DNA of 64,000 bases from Terriglobia bacterium (GCA_963748015.1 CAVVHE010000009.1:352001-416000), one strand, 5' to 3'; shown: positions 49,702-59,558, numbered from the stretch's first letter. Numbers and translations are program-made. Notes: a model not told the origin generated them from the sequence alone.

Positions 49702-51774
49702 TCAGGCCGGACTGGCGTCGAGCGGCGGCGCGGCCATCTCTTCCTGCGGCTCCGAGCCGTCGACCGGCAGGATCACCGAGAACGTCGTCCCCCGGGGGGA
49801 GGTGTCCACCGCGACCTTTCCGCCGGCCCGCGTGACGATGCCGTGCACGATGGCGAGTCCGAGACCCGTGCCCTTCCCCACCTCCTTCGTGGTGAAGAAC
49901 GGCTCGAAGATCATCGGCAGGATGTCCTTCGGGATGCCCTTCCCGGTGTCGGTGATCCCGATGCGGACCTCGCGCCCTCCGGGGGAGAGCTCGGTCACGA
50001 CGGTCAGCTCTCCCTTCTCGTCCATCGCGTCCACGGCATTGACCACGAGGTTCAGCACGACCTGCTGCAGGTGGCCGGGATCGATCACGATCGGCGGCAG
50101 GTCGTCGCCGGACACGCGCGTGGACCGGATGTTCTGGAAGCTCGCCTGCTGCTGCAGCAGCATCAGCGTCCTGTCCACGACGTCGTTGACGTCGGTCGGC
50201 GCGGGCTTCGACTCGGTCTGGTGGGAGAACTCGAGCAGCCCCTTGACGATGGTGCGGCAGCGCATCGTCTGCTTGATGATGATCTCGAAATTGCGTCGCT
50301 GCGGATGGTCCTCCGGCAGGTCCTGGAGGCCGAGCGAGGCGAAGGTCAGGATCCCCCCCATCGGGTTGTTGATCTCGTGGGCGACGCCGGCCGCCATCCG
50401 TCCGAGCGACACCATCTTGTCGGCCTCGGCCATCTTCGATTGCATCTCCACCAGCTCGGCGGTCCGCGCCTTGACCTTGTCCTCGAGCGTCCGGGTCCAC
50501 TCCTCGAGCTCGTCCCGCGCGACGCGCAGGCTCGCCATCATGGAGTTGAACGACTCGGCGAGCGTGCCGATCTCGTCGCCCGAGGTGACCGGCACCGTGT
50601 GGTGCAGGTCGCCGGCGGCGATCTTCCGGGTCGCCGTCGCCATCGCCGCGAGCGGGCGGATCATCGCGCGCGCGATCACATAGGTCAGGCCGAACACGAC
50701 GATCACGCCGATCGCGGCCACCACGACGAACGTCAGCATGACGCGGGTGCGCAGGGCGAGATAGGAATCCTCCCGCACGCCGAGGCCGATCATGCCGACG
50801 ATCCGCCCGCCGGGGTCCTTGAGCGGCTCGTAGGCCGCGATGAACCAGTCCTCGATGACGAAGGCCCGGCCGAGCCACCGCCCGCCGGTATCGAGCACCC
50901 GCGCGGCGACCTCGGAGGAGACCTGCGTTCCCGTCTCGGTTCCCTGGGTCGAGATCCGCACGTCCCCGAGGAAGACCGAGACCGCGCCGACCTGCCGCCC
51001 CTCGAAGACCTCGTTGCCGAAGACCGCCTGCCGGACCTGACTCACGATCTCCGTGTTCCGGTTCAGGAGCACGCCGCCGTACACGGCCCCCTCGATCCTC
51101 CCCCCGATGCGCACCGGCGCCGCGGAGAACATCACGAGGCCGTGATCCACCCACTCGGTAGGGTAGGGCCTGCTTGTCGGCACGCGAACGACCCGTATCC
51201 GGGCCTGGTCGGCCAGGATCTGTCCCTCCCGGGCGAGGGCCGCGTAGTCCAGGATCGCGCTGGACGCGACCGTCTCACCCGCGAACGCGGGGCGGATCAG
51301 GGCGCCGAAGGCCCCGTCCCGGGGGACGCCCTCGGTCGCTCCCGAGGACGAGGTCAGGCGCCCGCGCGTATCCACGAATCCCATGAAATCGAGGCCGTTG
51401 TCGGCTCGCAGCGAGGCCAGCAGCGGGGGCAGCTCTCCCGGGCTGCCGGCCCGGAGCTCGCGCAGCAGAAGGGGGGACCCGCTGCAGCGGACCAGCGCGC
51501 GACGCGACCGGTCGAGTTGCAGCTCGTACATCATCCGGGCCGCCTCGAGGCCGGTGGAGACGCGCTTCTGGGCCTCGGCCAGCATCGCCCGCGTGATGAT
51601 CCCCGAGCCGATGGAGATGGAAATGGCCGTGCCCCCGAGGACGATCGGGATGAAGGCCAGGGTGATCTTGACCCGCAGCGAGATGTCGCGAATGAAGCGG
51701 ATCATCGGTACGCTCACTATATCAGCGATCGCCCGGCGAATCGGAGCGCGTCGATCGAAGTCGAGAGTCGCCAT
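49702..51774 (-). CDS. Cache-HAMP sensor histidine kinase
   Basis: Two TM segments, extracytoplasmic Cache region, HAMP, AHEINNP H-box, DTGKG and GTGLGL. Confidence 0.9.
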   Translation of the reverse strand: MATLDFDRRAPIRRAIADIVSVPMIRFIRDISLRVKITLAFIPIVLGGTAISISIGSGIITRAMLAEAQKRVSTGLEAARMMYELQLDRSRRALVRCSGSPLLLRELRAGSPGELPPLLASLRADNGLDFMGFVDTRGRLTSSSGATEGVPRDGAFGALIRPAFAGETVASSAILDYAALAREGQILADQARIRVVRVPTSRPYPTEWVDHGLVMFSAAPVRIGGRIEGAVYGGVLLNRNTEIVSQVRQAVFGNEVFEGRQVGAVSVFLGDVRISTQGTETGTQVSSEVAARVLDTGGRWLGRAFVIEDWFIAAYEPLKDPGGRIVGMIGLGVREDSYLALRTRVMLTFVVVAAIGVIVVFGLTYVIARAMIRPLAAMATATRKIAAGDLHHTVPVTSGDEIGTLAESFNSMMASLRVARDELEEWTRTLEDKVKARTAELVEMQSKMAEADKMVSLGRMAAGVAHEINNPMGGILTFASLGLQDLPEDHPQRRNFEIIIKQTMRCRTIVKGLLEFSHQTESKPAPTDVNDVVDRTLMLLQQQASFQNIRSTRVSGDDLPPIVIDPGHLQQVVLNLVVNAVDAMDEKGELTVVTELSPGGREVRIGITDTGKGIPKDILPMIFEPFFTTKEVGKGTGLGLAIVHGIVTRAGGKVAVDTSPRGTTFSVILPVDGSEPQEEMAAPPLDASPA

Positions 51775-51789
51775 CTCGACGCCTCGGGA

Positions 51790-51958
51790 GCGCCGCAAGG
51801 CCGCGGCCGGACTCGGTCCCCCCGCGGCACGCTTCGGCGTTGCGCGGCTTACGTCGCCGCGCCGCCTCGCTCCGGTTTTCGCGCGGCCGTCCATGGAAGA
51901 GACGGCCGCGCGAAAACAGGGCCGCGGGGGACCGAGTCCGGCCGCGGCCTTGCGGCGC
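51790..51958. repeat. Intergenic structured repeat, copy 2 (inverted relative to copy 1)
   Basis: Perfect 33-bp inverted arms (51790-51822/51926-51958), unrelated to the copy-1 arms, around the same core as 788-890. Confidence 0.9.
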
Positions 51959-51987
51959 GGGTGGTCTGGCGAGCTCTTGGTTCCGCG

Positions 51988-53272
51988 TCAGCAGCGCGCG
52001 GACGACGTGCACCGAGCAGCTGATGCAGGGGTCGTAGGCGCGGGCGACGATCTCGAGGCGGTGGCGGATCTCGGGGTCGAGGGCGCCCTTCGCGTCGCGC
52101 ACGGTGGCGCGCATCTGCTCCTCGACGTTGCGGAGGTTCTGGGCCGTCGGCGTGATGACGTCGGCCGCCAGGATCCGGCCTTGGTCGTCGAGGGTGTACG
52201 AGTGGTACAGGGTGCCCCGGGGGACCTCGGAGGCGGCCGCGCCGCTCGAGGCGCGCGGGCGGCAGGGGGCAGGCTCCTCGGGCGCGAGCCCTTCCTCGAT
52301 GAGCCGGTTCGTCAAGGCGAGCGCCTGCTCCGCCGAGTAGATCATCTCGACGGCCTGGGCGACGTTGTTCGCCACGATGTTGGTCGAGGGGAGGCGGAGG
52401 CCGACGCGGTCCCACGCTTCGCGCGCCAACCCGCCCACCAGCCCGCCGTGGAGGGTCAGGCGGGCGAGGGAACCCACCATGTACGACTCCCCGCTGTGAG
52501 CGCTGTGCTTGGCGTTGGAGTGGGGCGCGACGTGCTCGTTCGTCAGGGTGCGGTAATCCGCCACGGGGATGCGCTCCCCGGTCGAGAGCGCGATCTCGTC
52601 CCCGAAGAAGAGCGCGCCGTCCCGCGGCACCAGCGCCGCCACGCGGATCGGCTCGCTCACGAACTCGGGCATGCGGATGCCGGCCAGGACGTCCACCGCG
52701 CGCTTGCAGTCCTCGATTCCCGCCTCGAGGTCGCGCCGCAGGTCGAGCATCTCGTCCAGGGTGGGGAAGCGCCCGAGGCCGCCGAGGACGTGGTTCACCG
52801 GGTGAACCGCGCGTCCTCCCGTCACTTCCTGGATCGAGTTGCCGAGCTTCTTCAAACGCAGTGCCATCGCGACGACGTCGGGGGCCTCGGCGGCCAGGGT
52901 GACGACGCTCGGGTGGCCGAGCACGTCGGGCAGCGCGAGCACGAACACGTGGAGCGCGTGGCTCTCGATGTTCTGCCCCTGGAACGAGAGGTCCCGCAGC
53001 ATCCTGACCCGCGGCGAGACGGTGACGCCGAGCGCGTTCTCCAGGGCCATCAGCGCGGTGATCGTGTGGCCGTGGGAGCAGATCGCGCAGATGCGCGAGA
53101 CGATGGCCGGGATCTCGTCCATCGTCCGTCCGACGACGAGCCCCTCGAACAGCCGCAGCCCCTCGAAGATGTCGAACTCGAGCTGCCGGATCTCGGACCC
53201 CTCGAGGACGACCTTGATTCCGCCGTGCCCCTCGACCCTCGCCAGATGCTTGACTTCGATCGTTCGCGTCAT
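51988..53272 (-). CDS. Group 3b [NiFe]-hydrogenase large (alpha) subunit; the stop at 51988 needs one base removed, otherwise the ORF reads to 51722
   Basis: ARVEGHG, L1 RICAIC, EVPRG, L2 RAYDPCISCSVH. Confidence 0.9.
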
Positions 53273-54033
53273 GCCGCACCTTCCCCACTCCGCCAGTCGA
53301 TCGCCGGAGCCGCGAAGGTCCGGAGCTTGTCTCGAATGGCCTCGTCGCCCAGCCCCTTCTCGATGAGCACCTCGCGCAGCGATTCCAGGTTGGCCTCGAT
53401 CACCGGCCCGCGGCAGCCGATGCACGGCACGTTGAAGCCGGGGCAGCGGGCCCCGCACCCCGCGGCGGAGACCGGCCCGGCGCAAGGCAGCCCCCGGGAG
53501 ATCAGCAGGCAGTCCTTCTCGAGCATCTTGCACTCGTGGCACACCGGCGTCGCGGGGGCGATCGGAACGTCGCCGAGGAGGAGCGACGACACCGCCTTCA
53601 CGAACTCGTCCTTCTCGATCGGACAGCCGACGAGGTTGAAATCCACCTTCACGTAATCCGAGAGCGGCCGGTGCGGGTGGGCGTCGAACCCCGCCCCGTC
53701 CTTCCCGTACACGGCCTGGACCAGCGCGCTCCTCGACATGCGGGCGTCCATGCCGGCGATCCCGCCGAAACAGGCGCAGCTGCCGCACGCGACGAGGAGC
53801 TTCGACCGCTCGCGGATGCGCATGAGCGCCCGCTCCTCCCGGTCGCTGCCCACCGAGCCCTCCACCAGGGCGAGATCGAGCGGCGACTCCTCGTCGTTCA
53901 CGGAGGAGCCGCCGAGGAAATCCACGATCTCGAGGGCTCCGACGATCCGCAGCAGCTGGTCCTCGCAGTTGAGGATGACGATCTGCTCGCCCCAGCAGCC
54001 GCTCAGTCCGAAGATACCGATTCGGGGCTTCAT
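53269..54033 (-). CDS. Group 3b [NiFe]-hydrogenase small (delta) subunit
   Basis: GCWGEQ, VEGSV, GSCACFGG, GCP, CHEC...CLL...CAGP...GCGARCP...CIGCRG. Confidence 0.88.
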   Translation of the reverse strand: MKPRIGIFGLSGCWGEQIVILNCEDQLLRIVGALEIVDFLGGSSVNDEESPLDLALVEGSVGSDREERALMRIRERSKLLVACGSCACFGGIAGMDARMSRSALVQAVYGKDGAGFDAHPHRPLSDYVKVDFNLVGCPIEKDEFVKAVSSLLLGDVPIAPATPVCHECKMLEKDCLLISRGLPCAGPVSAAGCGARCPGFNVPCIGCRGPVIEANLESLREVLIEKGLGDEAIRDKLRTFAAPAIDWRSGEGAA

Positions 54034-54047
54034 GGTGGCCTCGCAGG

Positions 54048-54915
54048 TCAAACGATTTCGGGGAGGTTGATGGCGTCCCAGTAGGTGAACACCGGTCCGT
54101 GGATGCAGGTGTACTTGTAGCCGACGCTGCAGTGGCCGCACTTACCCACGCCGCACTTCATCCGGCGCTCGAGACTCATGAGGATGCGCGACTTGGAGAA
54201 GTTCTGCCGGAGCAGCTCGGCGAGGACGAACTTGTAGACCACGGGTGGGCCGACGACCGCCGCGTAGGTCCTCTCGGGGTCGAGCTTGACCTTCTCGAAG
54301 AGGGTGGGGAGGAGGCCGACGTGCTGCTTCCAGCCGCCCGTCGGGTCCCGGTCCACCGTCAGGAGCACGTTGACGTCCTCGACGTCGGCGAGCGAGACCA
54401 GCTCGTCGCGATAGAGCATGTCGTCGGGGGTCCGCGCCCCGTACATCAGGGTGACCTGGCCGAATTTCTCCCGGTGGTCGAGGGCGTACCAGAGAAGGGA
54501 GCGCAGCGGGGCCATGCCGAGGCCGCCTGCGATGATCAGCAGGTCGTTCCCTTCCATCTCCTCGACGGGGAAGCCGTTGCCGTACGGCCCGCGAATTCCG
54601 ACGAGCGCGTTCGTGGGCATGCGGTAGAGCGCGCCGGTCACGCGCCCCGCCTTCCGCACGCACAGCTCGAGGATCCCCCCGCGCGTCGGCGAGGAGGAGA
54701 TCGAGATCGGCGCCTCGCCGGTGCCGATGACGCTCAGCTGCACGAACTGCCCTGGGCGGTGGCTCCACGCCTCGGCCACCGCGGGGTCCACGAACCGGAG
54801 CTGGAAGAGGTGGTTGTCGCGGCACCATCCTGTGGATGCGGACGATCCGCGCCAGCTCGGGCTTGTACGGGTTCTCGGCGTCCCTAGGCAGTGGCTTCTG
54901 CGCGACCGCTTCCAT
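54048..54915 (-). CDS. Group 3b hydrogenase gamma subunit (FAD/NAD(P)-binding, [2Fe-2S]); +1 frameshift near 54820
   Basis: PGQFVQLS...GEAPISISS, RGPYGNGF, AGGLGMAPLRS, ERRMKCGVGKCGHC...C. Confidence 0.88.
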
Positions 54916-55936
54916 CTTTCTCACCTCGCAGCTTCTCGATGACGCTGACGATGTCGATCTTCGCGGGGCAGCCGGCGATGCACCGGCCGCAGCCGACGCA
55001 GCTCGGCCGGCCGTACTCGGCCACGAAACCCCGCTGCTTGTGGTAGTAGCGGAACTTGATGCGCGACGAGCGGTGCTCCCTGAAGTTCTCGCCCCCCGCG
55101 ACCAGGGCGTGGGTCTCGAAGAGGCAGGAGTCCCAGGAGCGGCTCCGGCTGCCCGAGCGGCTTCCCAGGTCCGTCTCGTCGCTCACGTCGAAGCAGTAGC
55201 AGGTGGGGCAGACCATGCTGCACGAGCCGCACGAGAGGCACTTCCGGCCGAGGTCGTCCCACACCGGGCTCGCGTACTCCATCTCGAGGATCTCGGGAAG
55301 GTCGCCGAGCTCGATGCGCGTCCGGTAGGCCGACTGGCGCGCGCTGGACCGCCTCTTGTATTCCGAGAAATCCGCGGCCGTCGGCTCCTCGAGGAGGCAG
55401 CCGCTCTGCAGCGTCATGTCGTCGCCGCGGCTCGAGCCGACGAGGACCAGGTAGTCCTCGCCGAGGTCGCTCAGGAAGAGGTCGAATCCGCTGTCCACGA
55501 AGTCCGCGTTCATGGAGCGGGCGAAGTGCATGTCGTCCGGCTCGAAGTCGATGCCGATGATCGCGGTGTGCTTCCTCCGCGTGACGAAGTAAGGGTCGGC
55601 GTACTTCCCGCCGGAGAAGACCCGGTCGAGGATGTTCAGCCCGAAGACGTCGTAGGCGTGGACGCCGAGCACCACGGTGGGCCGCTTCGCCTCCTCGAGG
55701 AGGTCGCGGAAGCCGTCCCGCTCGTCGAAGGCGAGCATCCGCTCCCGGGGAGGCAGGAGGAACTTCTTGGGCGGGAGGATCGTCCGCGGGTAGGAGAGAA
55801 CGACGTCCGACCAGCGCTGCGGGCGCTCGAAGGCGAACCCTCCGCCCCGCCGGACCGGCGCGTAAACGTCGCCGAACGCCGGGAGCACGGCGGTGAAGAG
55901 GTCCATCTCACGCTTGGCGATCTTCAGGATCTTCAT
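54884..55936 (-). CDS. Group 3b hydrogenase beta subunit (AsrA-like 4Fe-4S dicluster)
   Basis: CLSCGSCSMVCPTCYCF, WDSC, CVGCGRCIAGCP. Confidence 0.9.
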   Translation of the reverse strand: MKILKIAKREMDLFTAVLPAFGDVYAPVRRGGGFAFERPQRWSDVVLSYPRTILPPKKFLLPPRERMLAFDERDGFRDLLEEAKRPTVVLGVHAYDVFGLNILDRVFSGGKYADPYFVTRRKHTAIIGIDFEPDDMHFARSMNADFVDSGFDLFLSDLGEDYLVLVGSSRGDDMTLQSGCLLEEPTAADFSEYKRRSSARQSAYRTRIELGDLPEILEMEYASPVWDDLGRKCLSCGSCSMVCPTCYCFDVSDETDLGSRSGSRSRSWDSCLFETHALVAGGENFREHRSSRIKFRYYHKQRGFVAEYGRPSCVGCGRCIAGCPAKIDIVSVIEKLRGEKDGSGRAEATA

Positions 55937-55946
55937 GGGTGGCTCC

Positions 55947-56345
55947 TCACTGCCGGGGGAGGGAGGTCAGGCGCGCGACCTCGGCGAGCAGCGTCGCCGG
56001 ATCGATCGGCTTCGGCAGGAACTGGTCCGCCGGGAGCCATCCGGCCTTGGGGTTCACCCGAAACCGCGGGAACTCGGTGTACACCGACGAGGCGACGACG
56101 ATCGGCGTGTGCGCCAGGGAGGGAACGCCCCGCATGGTCTGGAGCGTGAAGAACCCCTCCGTGCGCTCGGTCATCATCACGTCGAGGAGGATGAGGTCCG
56201 GCCGCAGCTTCTTGGCCATGTCGAGACCCTCGGTCCCGTTGGCCGCCCGGCTCACCTCGTAGCCCGACGCCGTGAGGAGCGCCGAGATCGCCTCGACGTA
56301 GTCCCTGTCGTCGTCAATGATCAGCACCTTCTTCTTGTCGCTCAT
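55947..56345 (-). CDS. Single-domain response regulator
   Basis: IIDDD, LLDVMM, KP receiver motifs. Confidence 0.9.
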   Translation of the reverse strand: MSDKKKVLIIDDDRDYVEAISALLTASGYEVSRAANGTEGLDMAKKLRPDLILLDVMMTERTEGFFTLQTMRGVPSLAHTPIVVASSVYTEFPRFRVNPKAGWLPADQFLPKPIDPATLLAEVARLTSLPRQ

Positions 56346-56351
56346 CGGTCC

Positions 56352-57524
56352 TCACTCGGGCTCTTTCGCCGAGCCGCTCGGCCGGGACGTCCCGCTCGTA
56401 CGGTGTACGGGAAGGTCCACCGTGAAGGTCGTCCCCGTACCTTCACGGCTGTTCACGGCGATCTTCCCGTCAAGCTCCGACGCGATTTTCTTGCAGATGG
56501 CGAGGCCGAGCCCCGTGCCCGGGATGTTCTCCGTGGCCGTGCTCTTCACGCGGTAGAACTCCTCGAACAGGCGCTCGAGGGAGGCGCTCGACATGCCGAT
56601 GCCGGTGTCCTCCACCTCGACCGCCACGGTGTCGCCGCGCGCCGACAACCGCAGGGCGACCCTCCCGCCGGGACGGTTGTACTTGATGGCGTTCCCGACG
56701 AGGTTCGCGAGCAGCATGCCGAGGCTACCCGCGTCGCCGCGCACCGCGGGAAGCTCCCCCTGGCTCTCGATCCCGACCGAGACGCCCGCCTTCTCCGCGG
56801 CCACGGCGTGGGCCTGCACGACGCCCCGCGCCACCTCGCGGAGGTCCGTCGCCGCGTCCCGGTTCGCGAGCTGGCCGTGCTCGAGCCTCGAGAGGTCGAG
56901 CCAGTCCTGGACGATCGCCAGCATCTCGCCGAGGCGGAGCTGGGACCTCTTGATCCACTCGCGGGCCCGCTCCGGCATCTCGTCGGGCGACATGTACATC
57001 ATCACGTCGAGGTACTGCTTGACCGCGACGACGGGCGTCTTGAGCTGATGGGAGACGAAGGTCACGAACCGCCGCTGGACCTCTTCCTTCTCGCGGCGTA
57101 GCCGCTCCGAGTCCCTTGCGAGGCGCCACCGCTCGAAACCGCGGTTCATGATCAGGGCGAACTCGTCGCACGTGAACGGCTTCGGGAGGAAGTCGTAGGC
57201 TCCCGCCTTCATCGCGTCCACCGCCGTGGCGATCGTGGCGTAGCCGGTGATCACCACGATCACCATCGAGGGATCGATCTGCCGGACGCGCCGGATGACC
57301 TCCATGCCGTCGATCTTCGGCATCTTGAGGTCCACGAAGAGAAGGGCGGCCGGGGCCTCCTTGATCCTCCGGATCCCGTCCTCTCCGCTCGCGAAGGTCT
57401 CGACCTTGAAGCCGGCCCGGGTCAGGATCTCGCTGCACGACAGGAGCATGATCTCGTCGTCGTCGATGACGACCACGCGCTCCCGCGCCTCGACCCTCGG
57501 GCTCTCGATCACCCCGGTGGCCAT
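56352..57524 (-). CDS. Cytoplasmic hybrid REC-histidine kinase
   Basis: REC domain (VDLKMP), SHQLKTP H-box, NAIKYN, DTGIG, GTGLGL. Confidence 0.9.
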   Translation of the reverse strand: MATGVIESPRVEARERVVVIDDDEIMLLSCSEILTRAGFKVETFASGEDGIRRIKEAPAALLFVDLKMPKIDGMEVIRRVRQIDPSMVIVVITGYATIATAVDAMKAGAYDFLPKPFTCDEFALIMNRGFERWRLARDSERLRREKEEVQRRFVTFVSHQLKTPVVAVKQYLDVMMYMSPDEMPERAREWIKRSQLRLGEMLAIVQDWLDLSRLEHGQLANRDAATDLREVARGVVQAHAVAAEKAGVSVGIESQGELPAVRGDAGSLGMLLANLVGNAIKYNRPGGRVALRLSARGDTVAVEVEDTGIGMSSASLERLFEEFYRVKSTATENIPGTGLGLAICKKIASELDGKIAVNSREGTGTTFTVDLPVHRTSGTSRPSGSAKEPE

Positions 57525-57530
57525 CGCGCG

Positions 57531-58349
57531 CTATCCGACCCGCACCGGCTGGGCGAGGAGCCGCCTCACGTGCTCGAGGAACTCGGGTATGTCGAGGGGC
57601 TTGGTGAGGTAGTCGTCCGGGGTGATCAGCGCGGCCTCCGCGGCTCCCGGGAACGCCTCCTGGGGCGGCTGCGCGATGGAGGAGACCATCAGGATCGGCA
57701 CCGAGCCTGCGACGCCGTGCTTGTCGCCGAACTTCACGGCCTGGTTCAGGCCGTAGCCGGCGAAGGCGTCTTCCATCATGATGTCGAGCACGATGAGGTC
57801 GGGCCGTTCGGTCTCGAGGTAGGCGAGACCGTCCTTCGCACTGGCGGCGCAGTGGACGGCGTACCCCTCGCGCTCGAGGAGTGCTATGACCGACGCGCGG
57901 TAGTCCTCGTCGTCGTCCACGACGAGCACCCGCTTCCGGGTCCTGCACGTGCTCGCGCTGGGTTTCTTGCGCCCGATCGAGCGGAGGGCGTCCTCGATCA
58001 CGGTCTGGAGCTCGTCCGGCGTCACGGGGTGGATCGCGAGGTAGAAGACCCCGGACTCGCGGATGCTCCGCGCGAGGTCCACCGAGAGACTCTCGGCCAC
58101 TGCGACCAGCGGGGTGGAAGGAGCGCCGTGACGGCAGGCGCTCAGGACCTTCAACCCCCACTGAAGGTCGGGGGCGAGGTCCACGACCACCACGTTGATG
58201 CCCGCCTTCGCCTCCGCCGCGGCGCGCTCCGGCGGGACGAACGGCCCGAGCACCTCGAAGACGAAGCCCTCGGCGCCCAGGCGGGCCATCACGTCCTTCC
58301 AAGGATCATCGGATCGGGCGACGAGGAGGATGCGGGCTGCTTCGTTCAT
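57531..58349 (-). CDS. Tandem receiver protein (degenerate REC followed by canonical REC)
   Basis: First domain lacks the acidic pocket and Lys (IHP instead of KP); second has VVDDD, LDIMM, TKP. Confidence 0.8.
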   Translation of the reverse strand: MNEAARILLVARSDDPWKDVMARLGAEGFVFEVLGPFVPPERAAAEAKAGINVVVVDLAPDLQWGLKVLSACRHGAPSTPLVAVAESLSVDLARSIRESGVFYLAIHPVTPDELQTVIEDALRSIGRKKPSASTCRTRKRVLVVDDDEDYRASVIALLEREGYAVHCAASAKDGLAYLETERPDLIVLDIMMEDAFAGYGLNQAVKFGDKHGVAGSVPILMVSSIAQPPQEAFPGAAEAALITPDDYLTKPLDIPEFLEHVRRLLAQPVRVG

Positions 58350-58381
58350 GGCTTACCCCCGTCTTGTTCTCCCTGAGAACA

Positions 58382-58397
58382 AGCACGAGGCGTGCCC
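58382..58397 (-). promoter_or_regulatory. sigma54 (-24/-12) promoter of the REC-hydrogenase operon
   Basis: Minus strand GGGCACGCCTCGTGCT fits GG-N10-GC, ~33 nt upstream of the ATG at 58349. Confidence 0.7.
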
Positions 58398-58470
58398 GAA
58401 GGCCGCCGCGCCGGAAAGTGCTGTCGTTCCGGGGAGAACGGCCGATGCTGGGGCCGTCAGGCGGGCGCGG

Positions 58471-58567
58471 TGAATGAAGATCTCATACAGGGCGCCCCGC
58501 GGGAGCGTTCGAACGGGAGACTCCCCCGCGGGCGAGCGTCAGGGACGCCGTATCGGATTCCAATACA
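58471..58567. promoter_or_regulatory. Two 19-bp TGTAT-N9-ATACA-like palindromes (candidate enhancer sites)
   Basis: TGAATGAAGATCTCATACA (58471) and CGTATCGGATTCCAATACA (58549), AT-rich within a GC-rich background. Confidence 0.55.
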
Positions 58568-58591
58568 GTGTGTGCGACCGTCATCCAGGAA

Positions 58592-59542
58592 TCAGGCCCG
58601 GAACGGTTCCCCCGGGCCCCGCGCGAGCACGCGGAAGAGCCTCACGCAGGTCTCGATCGTCCCGATGACAAGCGGGACGGCGAGAACGCTCTTCGCCGCG
58701 ACGTCGAACAGGAAGACCTGCGGACCGAGCATGATGACGAGCAGGACCACGATGCCCAGCACGCCAACGGCCAGCTCGGCCCAGCGCGTGCTCCGCCGCC
58801 AGCGCCCGTGGCGCAGGACGACGAGGTTGAGGACGAACGCCGCCGCCCACCAGAGGTTCAGGAGAGGGAGGTGCACGGAAAACGACGGAAGCAGGACGGG
58901 AAGCCCGCTCCACCGGCCGTCGCTGAAACTCCAGAACCCGACCCACTGCGGAAAGAAGTTGAAGAGAATCACGAGGGCGACGATCGCGTACGTCGAGAAC
59001 ACCTTGTTCACGACCGAGATGCGGTCGCGGTCGCTCACGGGCGGAAGCGCGGCCGGATCCCATTCCTTCCCCGCCGTTTCCTTCCTCGACTGGACGCGCT
59101 CCACCACGGCGAAGATCAGCGTCAGCAAGCCCAGGTTGAAGAGCGCCCCGTGAAAGACGCGCCCGCCCGCGTGGAACACCGCGATAGCGGCCGAGGCGCC
59201 GCCCCCGCGGGCCGCCGCGACGAGCCTCGCGATCGCCGTCACGGCGAAGACGACCAGAATCGCGATCCCCGCGATCTTGAGGGTGAGCAGGTACGCGGGG
59301 AACAGGCGCGGACCGATGAGGTACCGCGGCTCGCCCGTGTAGCGCGCCGCTACCTCCTGCGGCGGACCGAACTCCCGCAGCACCTGCGCGGCGAGCTCGG
59401 CGTCCGCCGGGCGCCCCGCGACCCGTGCGCGCTCGTCGAGCGCTTCGCCGAGGAGCGAGCGCAGCTCGGCCTCGACGTCGGCGCGCATCCGCCGGGGAAA
59501 CCGGTGTCCCACGTCCTGCACGTAGCGTTCGACGAGATCCAT
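58592..59542 (-). CDS. PadR-associated membrane protein (HAAS-like N-terminus)
   Basis: MDLVERYV...DVEAELRS...FGPPQEVAARY followed by ~6 TM helices. Confidence 0.78.
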   Translation of the reverse strand: MDLVERYVQDVGHRFPRRMRADVEAELRSLLGEALDERARVAGRPADAELAAQVLREFGPPQEVAARYTGEPRYLIGPRLFPAYLLTLKIAGIAILVVFAVTAIARLVAAARGGGASAAIAVFHAGGRVFHGALFNLGLLTLIFAVVERVQSRKETAGKEWDPAALPPVSDRDRISVVNKVFSTYAIVALVILFNFFPQWVGFWSFSDGRWSGLPVLLPSFSVHLPLLNLWWAAAFVLNLVVLRHGRWRRSTRWAELAVGVLGIVVLLVIMLGPQVFLFDVAAKSVLAVPLVIGTIETCVRLFRVLARGPGEPFRA

Positions 59543-59558
59543 CTTCGCGTCTCCTTCC

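Noticed and set aside
51775..51894. Shared peptide DGRAKTGARRRGD...ATPKRAA in ORFs at ~820 and at the kinase N-terminus
   Set aside because: It is the translation of the non-coding repeat, not a protein domain.
51722..51990. Long C-terminal extension of the hydrogenase large subunit
   Set aside because: It only translates the palindromic repeat and overlaps the kinase start; a TGA lies one base off frame just after CSVHVVR, giving the normal length.
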